64,000 nucleotides of DNA, from NCBI GenBank assembly GCA_002269645.1, contig NIVC01002467.1:62001-126000 (forward strand), read 5' to 3'. The notes under the pieces are model-generated. The model was given only the letters and a program-made list of their open reading frames with translations, was not told where the DNA came from and did no database searches. The stretch is from Macrostomum lignano (taxonomy: Eukaryota). The position numbers were made by a program, and so were the translations under genes. Below, piece by piece: positions 11,290 to 23,257 of this stretch (position 1 is its first letter; the number at the start of each line of letters is the position of its first letter).

Positions 11290-14200
11290 AGTTTTTAAAT
11301 GAGGCTTCTATGATTTTTTCATGACGCTTCTATGATTTTAACATGACGCTTCTATGACTTTTTTTACATGACGCTTCTATGATTTTTTCTTGACGCTTCT
11401 ATAATTTTTACATGACGCTTCTATGATTTTTTACATGACGCTTCTATGATTGTTTACATGACGCTTCTATGATTGTTTACATGACGCTTCTATGATTCAT
11501 TACATGACGCTTCTATGATTTTTACATGACGCTTCTATGATTGTTTACATGACGCTTCTATGATTGTTTACATGACGCTTCTATGATTGTTTACATGACG
11601 CATCTATGATTTTTATATGACGCATCTATGATTTTTATATGACGCTTCTATGATTTTTACATGACGCTTCTATGATTGTTTACATGACGCTTCTATGATT
11701 TTTTACATGGCGCTTCTATGATTGTTTACATGACGCTTCTATGATTGTTTCATGACGCTTCTATGATTGTTTACATGACGCTTCTATGATTTTTATATGA
11801 CGCTTCTATGATTGTTTACATGACCCTTCTATGATTTTTTATATGACGCTTCTATCATTTTAACATAACGCTTCTATGATTTTTATATGACGCTTCTATG
11901 ATTGTTTACATGATGCTTCTATGATTTTTACATGGCGCTTCTATGATTGTTTACATGACGCTTCTATGATTGTTTACATGACGCTTCTAGGATTGTTTAC
12001 ATGACGCTTCTATGATTGTTTACATGACGCTTCTAGGATTGTTTACATAACGCTTCTAGGATTGTTTACATGACGCTTCTATGATTGTTTACATGACGCT
12101 TCTATGATTGTTTCATGACGCTTCTATGATTGTTTACATGACGCTTCAAGGATTTTTTACATGACGCTTCTACGATTTTGGCAGGATGATTCTATGATTT
12201 TACATGACGCTTCTATGATTTTTACATGACGCTTCTATGATTTTTTACATGACGCTTCTACGATTTTGGCAGGACGATTCTACGATTTTACATGACGCTT
12301 CTATGATTTTTACATGACGCTTCTATGATTTTACATGACGCTTCTATGATTTTTACATGACGCTTCTACGATTTTTACATGACGCTTTTATGATTTTTTA
12401 CATGACGCTTCTATGATTGTTTCATGACGCTTCTATGATTTTTACATGACGCTTCTATGATTGTTTACATTCTTCTATGCTTGTTTACATGACGCTTCTA
12501 TGATTGTTTAAATGACGCTTGAATGATTGTTTACATGACGCTTTATGATTTTTTACATGGCGCTTCTATGATTGTTTACATGACGCTTCTATGATTGTTT
12601 ACATGACGCTTCTATGATTGTTTACATGACGCTTCTATGATTGTTTACATGACGCTTCTATGATTTTTACATGACGTTTCTATGATTGTTTCATGACGCT
12701 TCTATGATTGTTTACATGACGCTTCTATGATTTTTACATGACGCTTCTATGATTGTTTACATGGCGCTTCTATGATTGTTTACATGACGCTTCTATGATT
12801 GTTTCATGACGCTTCTATGATTGTTTACATGACGCTTCTATGATTTTGACATGACGCATCTATGATTTTTATATGACGCTTCTATGATTTTTAAATGACG
12901 CTTCTATGATTGTTTACATGACGCTTCTATGATTGTTTACATGACGCTTCTATGATTTTTTACATGGCGCTTCTATGATTGTTTACATGACGCTTCTATG
13001 ATTGTTTCATGACGCTTCTATGATTGTTTACATGACGCTTCTATGATTGTTTCATGACGCTTCTATGATTGTTTACATGACGCTTCTATGATTTTTATAT
13101 GACGCTTCTATGATTGTTTACATGACCCTTCTATGATTTTTATATGACGCTTCTATCATTTTTACATAACGCTTCTATGATTTTTATATGACGCTTCTAT
13201 GATTGTTTACATGATGCTTCTATGATTTTTACATGACGCTTCTATGATTGTTTACATGACGCTTCTAGGATTGTTTACATGACGCTTCTATGATTGTTTA
13301 CATGACGCTTCTAGGATTGTTTACATAACGCTTCTAGGATTGTTTACATGACGCTTCTATGATTGTTTACATGACGCTTCTATGATTGTTTCATGACGCT
13401 TCTATGATTGTTTACATGACGCTTCAAGGATTTTTTACATGACGCTTCTACGATTTTGGCAGGATGATTCTATGATTTTACATGACGCTTCTATGATTTT
13501 TACATGACGCTTCTATGATTTTTTACATGACGCTTCTACGATTTTGGCAGGACGATTCTACGATTTTACATGACGCTTCTATGATTTTTACATGACGCTT
13601 CTATGATTTTACATGACGCTTCTATGATTTTTACATGACGCTTCTACGATTTTTACATGACGCTTTTATGATTTTTTACATGACGCTTCTATGATTGTTT
13701 CATGACGCTTCTATGATTTTTACATGACGCTTCTATGATTGTTTACATTCTTCTATGCTTGTTTACATGACGCTTCTATGATTGTTTAAATGACGCTTGA
13801 ATGATTGTTTACATGACGCTTTTATGATTTTTACATGGCGCTTCTATGATTGTTTACATGACGCTTCTATGATTGTTTACATGACGCTTCTATGATTGTT
13901 TACATGACGCTTCTATGATTGTTTACATGACGCTTCTATGATTTTTACATGACGTTTCTATGATTGTTTCATGACGCTTCTATGATTGTTTACATGACGC
14001 TTCTATGATTTTTACATGACGCTTCTATGATTGTTTACATGGCGCTTCTATGATTGTTTACATGACGCTTCTATGATTGTTTCATGACGCTTCTATGATT
14101 GTTTCATGACGCTACTATGATTGTTTACATGACGCTTCTATGATTTTTACATGACGCTTCTATGATTGTTTACATGGCGCTTCTATGATTGTTTACATGA

Positions 14201-16190
14201 CGCTTCTATGATTGTTTCATGACGCTTCTATGATTGTTTACATGACGCTTCTATGATTTTGACATGACGCATCTATGATTTTTATATGACGCTTCTATGA
14301 TTTTTACATGACGCTTCTATGATTGTTTACATGACGCTTCTATGATTGTTTACATGACGCTTCTATGATTTTTTACATGGCGCTTCTATGATTGTTTACA
14401 TGACGCTTCTATGATTGTTTCATGACGCTTCTATGATTGTTTACATGACGCTTCTATGATTGTTTCATGACGCTTCTATGATTGTTTACATGACGCTTCT
14501 ATGATTTTTATATGACGCTTCTATGATTGTTTACATGACCCTTCTATGATTTTTTATATGACGCTTCTATCATTTTTACATAACGCTTCTATGATTTTTA
14601 TATGACGCTTCTATGATTGTTTACATGATGCTTCTATGATTTTTACATGACGCTTCTATGATTGTTTACATGACGCTTCTAGGATTGTTTACATGACGCT
14701 TCTATGATTGTTTACATGACGCTTCTAGGATTGTTTACATAACGCTTCTAGGATTGTTTACATGACGCTTCTATGATTGTTTACATGACGCTTCTATGAT
14801 TGTTTCATGACGCTTCTATGATTGTTTACATGACGCTTCAAGGATTTTTTACATGACGCTTCTACGATTTTGGCAGGATGATTCTATGATTTTACATGAC
14901 GCTTCTATGATTTTTACATGACGCTTCTATGATTTTTTACATGACGCTTCTACGATTTTGGCAGGACGATTCTACGATTTTACATGACGCTTCTATGATT
15001 TTTACATGACGCTTCTATGATTTTACATGACGCTTCTATGATTTTTACATGACGCTTCTACGATTTTTACATGACGCTTTTATGATTTTTTACATGACGC
15101 TTCTATGATTGTTTCATGACGCTTCTATGATTTTTACATGACGCTTCTATGATTGTTTACATTCTTCTATGCTTGTTTACATGACGCTTCTATGATTGTT
15201 TAAATGACGCTTGAATGATTGTTTACATGACGCTTTTATGATTTTTACATGGCGCTTCTATGATTGTTTACATGACGCTTCTATGATTGTTTACATGACG
15301 CTTCTATGATTGTTTACATGACGCTTCTATGATTGTTTACATGACGCTTCTATGATTTTTACATGACGTTTCTATGATTGTTTCATGACGCTTCTATGAT
15401 TGTTTACATGACGCTTCTATGATTTTTACATGACGCTTCTATGATTGTTTACATGGCGCTTCTATGATTGTTTACATGACGCTTCTATGATTGTTTCATG
15501 ACGCTTCTATGATTGTTTACATGACGCTTCTATGATTTTGACATGACGCTTCTATGATTGTTTACATGACGCTTCTATGATTTTTACATGACGCTTCTAT
15601 GCTTGTTTACATGACGCTTCTATGATTGTTTAAATGACGCTTGAATGATTGTTTACATGACGCTTCTATGATTGTTTACATTCTTCTATGCTTGTTTACA
15701 TGACGCTTCTATGATTGTTTAAATGACGCTTGAATGATTGTTTACATGACGCTTCTATGATTGTTTAAATGACGCTTGAATGATTGTTTACATGACGCTT
15801 TTATGATTTTTACTTGGCGCTTCTATGATTGTTTACATGACGCTTCTATGATTGTTTACATGACGCTTCTAGGATTGTTTACATGACGCTTCTATGATTG
15901 TTTACATGACGCTTCTAGGATTGTTTACATGACGCTTCTAGGATTGTTTACAGCACGCTTCTATGATTGTTTACATGACGCTTCTATGATTGTTTCATGA
16001 CGCTTCTATGATTGTTTACATGACGCTTCAAGGATTTTTTACATGGCGCTTCTATGATTGTTTACATGACGCTTCTATGATTGTTTACATGACGCTTCTA
16101 TGATTTTTATACGATGCTTCTATGATTTTTTAAATGACGCATCTATGATTTTTATATGACGCTTCTATGATTTTTACATGACGCTTCTTT
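11290..16190. repeat. ~4.9-kb satellite of 21-24-bp units (CATGACGCTTCTATGATTGTTTA) with higher-order structure, inside the Helitron
   Basis: About 200 tandem copies. The diagnostic variant ACGCTTCAAG recurs at 12141, 13419, 14833 and 16023. Confidence 0.95.
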
Positions 16191-17411
16191 TTAAAAAGTC
16201 TTTTAGTTTTCCTGACGTTGAAAAGCTTTAATTGAAAAAATTATATTCTATGAAAATTCGAACCATCGTCGCTGCATTTATCAAATTTTGCACATATATA
16301 TATAATTCAACAGTTTAAAATCCAAGCATAGAGTAAATCACACGAAGCAGTTATGACATAATCAGTTTCTCAGTCAGTCAGTATCAGTTAACAATATGGT
16401 TACGCAATTTAAATCAAGTCTGGTGCTAGGCTTCCACACTGCATTTTCAATTCAAGTCAGAGTTACAATTCAGTTATGATGTAATCTATTTCAGAATCAG
16501 AATTCAACCAGTCAGTTTTTTCTCTAGCATTCTTACAATGCATTTCAAGTCAAAAAGTTTGCTTGACCTTTGCAAAAAAGCATGTTTTTCGAATATTTAA
16601 TGCCTCTAGCATTGAGCAATTTCTTAGCCACGATGCATGTACCGTCACGGGAAAATTTCTGATCGAACAGTGCAAGTTCGAACAAAATCGGTCCAGCCAT
16701 TTTTTCTCTAATCGATCACATAGATAGATAGATAGATAGATAGATAGACACAGACAGACCATTTTTAGTATATAGGAATTCGAGAATAAGCAGTTTTGCT
16801 TTTACGCTACTATTAGTAGTTCACCTTCGGGAAAATATCTGAAGCTATGGGAATTCGAGTCTTAGCGGGTTTCTCTATTAGTAAAAGGCTGTTTGGCCTC
16901 GGGAAAAGCATCCTGTTCAGGACCGTCCATTGGACAACATTTGTAAGAGATCTAAGTCTCAAATAAGCCAGACTAAGGGAGTCTCCCCTTTATAAAATAA
17001 AAGAATATATATAAGAAAGTATAAAAGGTAAGATCGGGGTAAAATAGGGAGGCTAAGAGGAGTCTACCGCTTAGTCAAAACGGAGTCTACCGAGAATAGG
17101 AATTAGTACAGTCAGTTAGATAGAAGTAAGGGAAAGGAACCAGGAGTCTACCGGTTCTAATAACATAGTAATAATAGTGCTTAAATCTTTGCATATTTGG
17201 TTCAATAATATCATTTTCTTTTGTTTGTTTATTCCAATAATCTTCCATGAAGTCGACTCTTGTCTCACTTATTTTAATCTAAAACTATTATTATAAGGGA
17301 CATTAGTCTGGTGGCAGCAACCTACCAAATTAGAGTACATAATAACAGAAGTAATAATAGAAAACCAGAATAAACCAGTAGCCTAAACCGCAGGTACCAC
17401 GCGTGTCCAAT

Positions 17412-17421
17412 TGGTGGCAGC
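17412..17421 (+). promoter_or_regulatory. Primer-binding site, probably tRNA-Leu
   Basis: TGGTGGCAGC, 2 nt after the LTR end, is complementary to the ...GCUGCCA-CCA 3' end of eukaryotic tRNA-Leu (recalled sequence). Only the first 10 nt match clearly. Confidence 0.75.
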
Positions 17422-17834
17422 TTAAGGGATTAGTAAACCCGAGAAACGCAAAAAAGTTAAGACTGGTGCAAACTAGCAAAAAAATTAGTAAAATATATAA
17501 CCTGCAAAATAAAACGTTTCGGAGAGTCAGAATCAAGTACGAAGGTAATTAATCTAAAAATTACTAAAACTAATACGATAATCCTAATCTTAGGATTAAC
17601 GGATTAAGATCGAATTAACGCTTCTAGTAGCTAATAGTGTCAAAATTAATAGCAAGGTCATAATTGACCCAGTTAAAAGTGAAGAGATCACGCAGTCTAG
17701 CAGTTCTGTTCACAAAAAATTAGAAATAACCAATTAAACTAGCTAGGTAGATCAGTGACTCAGGAGTCTCCCAGTTTCACTGAATTCAATTAATAGTAAA
17801 GTATCAGAAGCGATAATTCGTAATCAGGAATCTA

Positions 17835-18845
17835 ATGGACGCTAATGACGTAGTAGAAGCTTTGGCTGAAGGCATTAGAGACAGGCTAGACATTAGAAAG
17901 CACATTAGGATCCAAAAGTACACGCCTAATCAAGATATAGACGTATGGATTCAGGCTTTTGAGCAAAGGTGTATCGCAGATGAGATACCTGCAGCCGATT
18001 GGAAAAATGAACTACTATCTAATCTAGATGTCCAATCAGCATTTGCTATTGTGACAAGGCTGAATTTAGATCCTAATCTACCGTATGCTGAATTCAAGGA
18101 TAGGCTCATCGAACGATTCACGCATGCGGGTAGTGCCCAAGAAGCTAGGGAAGAATTCCGCAGCAGATATCAATCTAAGACAGAGAGCTCTGACGACTAT
18201 GCGGAGAAGCTGACAGAGTTAGCCTATAGGGCATTTCCCCACCTAACTAATGATCAAAGACAGGAAGAAGTGGTGGAACAATTTATTAGAGGTGTTAGGA
18301 TAACCCCAGAGGCTAGGGAAAAGCTACTGCTAGCACAGGCGAACACACTCCAAGAGACACGTCGAGTCTTGCGACGTATCGAAATGGCGTATACCATGTC
18401 TCGCCGAGGTAGAGATCCAGCTCAGTGCAAGGCAACTGGAGGAGATGAGGCGGAAAGTAGCTTGAGGGAGTTAGTCCGCAAGCAAGGTGAGACACTAGAA
18501 AGCCAGCAGAGGGTACTCCAGGAGTTGCTTCGACACCAGCAGAGTGCTGAGCAGAAGGCTAGGCAGAAGCCGTACCAAGGCCAGCAACAGGGCCAAGGTC
18601 AGAAGCAGCCAGTAAAGTGCTTCAAGTGTGGGAAAAGCGGTCACATAGCTAAGCATTGCCAGCAGCAGCAGAATCAGCCGCAGTTTCCGCAGCAGCAGTT
18701 TCCACAACCACCACAGTTTATTCCGTACCAGCCGCCGTACCCGCCGCCGCAGTTCCCGCAGCAGCAGTTCCCGCAGCAGTACCAGAATAAGAATCAGGGA
18801 AACGGAGTAGCCGGAAGCGTAGGAGGCAACGCTTTCCAGAAGTAG
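17835..18845 (+). CDS. gag: Gag (336 aa) with a CCHC zinc knuckle
   Basis: CFKCGKSGHIAKHC (CX2CX4HX4C) and a retrotransposon gag-like core; first ORF after the PBS. Confidence 0.92.
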   Translation: MDANDVVEALAEGIRDRLDIRKHIRIQKYTPNQDIDVWIQAFEQRCIADEIPAADWKNELLSNLDVQSAFAIVTRLNLDPNLPYAEFKDRLIERFTHAGSAQEAREEFRSRYQSKTESSDDYAEKLTELAYRAFPHLTNDQRQEEVVEQFIRGVRITPEAREKLLLAQANTLQETRRVLRRIEMAYTMSRRGRDPAQCKATGGDEAESSLRELVRKQGETLESQQRVLQELLRHQQSAEQKARQKPYQGQQQGQGQKQPVKCFKCGKSGHIAKHCQQQQNQPQFPQQQFPQPPQFIPYQPPYPPPQFPQQQFPQQYQNKNQGNGVAGSVGGNAFQK

Positions 18846-18867
18846 ACAGCCAGCAGTCTGTAGCCTC
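18797..18867 (+). promoter_or_regulatory. -1 programmed ribosomal frameshift signal (G GGA AAC plus stem-loop or pseudoknot)
   Basis: Slippery heptamer at 18797-18803, correctly phased in the gag frame. The -1 (pol) frame opens just after TAA at 18788-18790. Stem 18813-18820/18829-18837 begins 9 nt downstream. Confidence 0.8.
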
Positions 18868-21800
18868 GCAACCTGTAAATAGCAGCGATAGTTTTTCTGT
18901 AAATAGTGAATTGAATTCTTTGTATAACAGTAGACATGCGCAACCATTTAATCAATCATTTAATCAACCAAATATTTATTCTCAGCACTTTTCACACGCA
19001 CCACAGCAACAACCTTGTTCTAGTAAGCAGCAAATTAAACCACAAAATTTAAGCGAACCAACTAAGAAGCAAAATTACGATCCGTATATTACTGGCAGCA
19101 TTCTAAATAAGGAGGTAGTTTATCTATTAGACACTGGCAGCAATAGGAACATTCTAGGACGTGAAACCTGGAAACACTTGTTCACTGGCAAGAATAGTCA
19201 CTTAATTAAGCAGTGGAACAATAGAATCGTGTCATTCACGGAAGAGCCGATTCCAATTAAAGGTTCCGTAGTTATTAAGGCGACATTCGGTGATTTCGAA
19301 GAAGAAATCGAGTTTCTCTTATGTGACGCAGAAGTAGACAATGTGATAGGCGTGACGTTTGTCCAACAATATTGTAATGCTATCGACTTTGAGGCAGGAA
19401 TGCTAACTATGAAGCAGGGAACTAGAATTCCACTTCGTTCTACCAGAGCTAAGCCTCAGGTTAAGAGAATCTATGTTGCAGAAAAGACGACAGTTCCAGC
19501 TAATAGTTCAGGATTAGTCAAAGTTAGATTAGCCACAGGTAGCGAATCCAATTTCGGAGTGCCGTCAGTTGTTGAGCCACTCAGATCAGGATTGAAGACT
19601 AGAGCAGAGAAGGTAACTGTAGTACCAAGCTTAGTAACTCTAAGGCAAGGAGAAGCGTATCTAGAAGTGATTAACACCAGCTCACAGGAAGCTAGAGTGC
19701 CAGCAGCAGCACTAGTAGGAATGGCTAAGCCACTTTTAGCTAGTGAATTAAACTATCTTAAAGAACAACCAGAGAAAGAGCAGTTATGCCAGAATAAGAA
19801 CACGCAGTTTTGCGAAAACATCAGACAGGTTCAAGACAAGTCAGAAGACTGGATTAGTGAGATTAACATAGGAACTGAACTGACTCAGGAGCAGAGACAG
19901 AAGGTGATCGAAGTCGTCCAGGAGCATTCAGCAGCTTTCTCGCAGCACGAGTTAGACTTAGGCAGAACGCATTTAGTCACACATGAGATTATCTTGAAGG
20001 ACAACAACCCAGTTCAGATACCAGCTAGAAAGATTCCACCTCATTGGATCAAGGAGGTAGATGAGCAGTTAGATCTCATGTTGGCTAGAGGCATCATTAG
20101 GCCTAGTTACTCGCAGTACTCGACTCCATTAGTCATAGTACCTAAGAAAGATGGTTCGCTGAGATTAGTTAACGACTATCGAGCACTAAACAACAAATCG
20201 GAGTACTTTCCGTATCCAATAACTAATATTAATGAAACATTCTCATGTCTCCATGGGGCCAGTCAATTTTCTACGTTAGATCTATTTTCGGGATATTATC
20301 AGATAGCTCTTAGGGAAGAAGATAAATGCAAAACTAGTTTTCCAACTTTACATCGAGGCTCGTTTGAGTACGAAGTTTTGCCAATGGGATTGCAAGGAGC
20401 TCCAGGAACTTTCCAAAGGTGCATGAACTTAGTTCTTAAGGACATTGCACAGAAGTTCGCCATGGCTTACTTAGACGATGTAATAGTTTATAGTACAGAC
20501 TTTGAATCTCACTTAGAACACCTGAAAGAAGTGCTCAAAAGACTAATCCAAGCTAATATGAAACTAAAGGGCGAAGAAATGTCACCTTTTCAAATCGGGA
20601 ACTGCAATATCTAGGACACGTCATAGGCAAATCAGGAATTAAAAGAGATGCGTCAAAGTTAGAAACGATTAGGAACTGGCCAAAACCTAAATCGGTGACA
20701 GAGCTTCGAAGTTTTCTCGGACTCTGTAACTATTATCGAAAGTTTGTTAGAGATTTCGCAGAGGTAGCAGCACCACTCTGTGAGCTAACGAAGAAGAACA
20801 TCAAGTGTATCCAGGACAAATGGACCAGGATTCATGATGAATGCTTCGAGCTGTTGAAGGAACGGATGTGTTCCGAAGAAGTGCTTGCTTACCCAGAGTT
20901 TAATACGGACCCCCAAGTTTATTTTGTGTTAGACACTGATGCATCAGATGTCAGAATTGGGGCGGTCTTAAATCAAGTACAGAGCGACGGAGTTGAGAGA
21001 CCGATCGCGTATTATAGTCGAAAAATGAGGCAGTCAGAAAGTAGATATCCGATTACGAGGAAGGAGCTTCTAGCGATTGTTGACTCGCTGAAGTACTTCA
21101 GGTTTTACCTCGTAGGGAAACGTTTTAAGGTGCGCACTGATCACAATGCCCTAACCTGGTTGCTTCGCCAGACCGAACAGACAGGCATTTTAGGTCGTTG
21201 GATCGAGAGACTTAGTGAATTTGATTTTGAGATTGAGCATAGAAGTGGCCCTAAGCATGTGAATGCTGATGCTCTATCCAGGATCCCGGATCCTCAACAG
21301 GATGAGTCATCCCCATATGCCAGGTCGCTTAGCTGTAGGGCAACTGTGAACACAGACCCAGCATCAGCTGTTACTGTGAGCTCAGGCAATTCCGCGCAAG
21401 CCGAAACCTGTAGTCTGCACAGTGGAGTTACGTCATGCTGTTCGCCGCAGAATATGGCGCCGAACCGACACAATACTCCGAGTTTTAGTAGCAGGTTGCT
21501 AAGCAAAAGGCAAGAACAGGAGCCTAAGGAAAGGCACCCGCTTGTTTGCAATGCACTGCTGAGTGATTACCTTCGTAGCCCTGTGCGTCGCGAAAAATTG
21601 GTCGCAGCTCAGCTAGCCGACCCCGCACTAAGCTATGTCAGGAATCTGATTGAATCTGACTTGCCGAAACCGAACTTTCAAGAAAGACTAGAATTGTCTC
21701 ACGAGATTAGAAATCTGCTAGGCTATTATGAACTCTTCAGGATAGAAGACGGTGTTCTCCGAATAGACTTAAATTTAGGGCGGACCGAATCTAAAGTGGT

Positions 21801-23253
21801 GTTGCCCAAGTCTTTGGATGGTGAAGTTTTTCACGAATTCCACGATTCACCGTTAGCAGGTCATCTAGGAAGAGACAAAACTTATCAGCGAATTAAAGAA
21901 AGATTTTGGAGAGTAGGATTAGCTACAGCAGTCGAAAAGTACGTCGCCAAGTGCAAATCCTGTTTAGAAAGTAAATCAAGAAAGCGATGCAAGGCACCAG
22001 TGCAGAATTTTCCTATTGTCGAGCCATTCTCACGCCTTCACATTGATTTGATAGGTCCGATCAGTCAGACTAGCAAATCTGGTAACAAATATGTCTTGTC
22101 AGTTATTGACAGCACTAGCAAATTTCCGTTTGCGTTTGCAATTAAAAATCAGAAGGCTAAGACAGTAATTAAAATTCTGCAGGAGCGAGTTTTCGCCGAC
22201 TTTGGAATACCTCAGTGGATTCACACAGATCAGGGAACACAATTTACAGGGAGAGCATTTAGGAAGTTTCTAGACCTCTATGGGATTAGGCACACTAGGA
22301 CAACAAGCTATCATCCACAAAGCAATGGGCTAGTAGAAAATTTAAACAAACAAATTAAGTCAATTCTTACCTGTTTGCTCGAGAAAGAACATGCGAACTG
22401 GGATGTTCTATTGCCCGGTTGTATAACTGCATTGCGCACCAGCACGCATACAGCCACAGGTTTCAGCCCGCATTATCTTGTGTTTGGAAGAGAGGCCCGG
22501 ATGCCGAGTGACAATGTGTTCCAGCAGCCAAAGGCGTTCGCCGATCTGCCTGCTTATGTTCAAGAGCACTTGACTCACCTGCAAGAGGGGCAAGAACTCG
22601 CCAAACAGCGGCTCAAATTAATACAACGTAAGCGTGAGCAGCACTATTCTAACAAACCTAAACAACCAGACTTACCTATAGGGAGCTTAGTTTTCATTAA
22701 CAACCCAGTCATCACACAGACAGAAGCCAACAAGTTCCACAGGAAGAGAAGAGCAGTCTACGAGGTCATAGAACAGTTATCAGAAGTAGTTTACAGGATT
22801 AGATTATTAAACAAAAGTACTAAGGCTAGAAAAGAGGAATTAGTCATGCATAGGGATAATTTACTACCCGTACCAACAGCCGATTACGTTAGTGAGGAAG
22901 AAAAGCCAGAAAGCAGTTGTGCCAGGCGACCGAAACTTCGAGAAAATGTGCCGCTTAATCCGATGTACGAAGCAGCCGACAGTGAGAGTGAACATGAAGA
23001 TGAAGTGCAGTTTGTGCCAGTGCAGAGTCAGAATAATGTTCCAGTATCAGTGCAGGATATGCCAGTGCAGGTTATGCCAGTACAAGAAGATAATCTACCA
23101 GTGCAAAATAATAATGAGCAGCCAGCAATCGAAACTAGACCAGTTAGAGATAGACGGGAGCCGAGTAGATTAGCGATAGACCCAGGCCGGAAGAGCTATG
23201 TGCAAAAGGTAACGGAGTTGTTTAACCCCTACCTGCTCTTCCAGCTCGAATAG
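18797..23253 (+). CDS. pol: Pol polyprotein: aspartic protease, RT, RNase H, integrase; interrupted as sequenced by two single-G insertions
   Basis: Protease LLDTGS; [12 protein letters not shown] and YLDD; RNase H DTDAS/YYSRKM/ELLAIV; integrase HHCC (HDSPLAGH...CKSC) with DDE core ([23 protein letters not shown]) and a GPY/F-like tail. The frame break near 20570-20600 is explained by two extra Gs. Confidence 0.93.
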
Positions 23254-23257
23254 CATT

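Larger units (their letters stand above)
10089..16777 (-). mobile_element. Non-autonomous Helitron (6.7 kb) inserted in the gypsy 5' LTR
   Basis: On the minus strand it begins 5'-TCCTATATAC (16777) and ends GCTAG-3' (10089). A GC hairpin GCTCCCC-AAC-GGGGGGC (10101-10117) ends 12 nt before the CTAG terminus. No TSD is needed: removing it restores the LTR sequence TAGCATGA|ATTCGAG. A (TAGA)n/CAGA microsatellite lies near the 5' end, as in Lep1-like Helitrons. No RepHel ORF. Confidence 0.85.
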
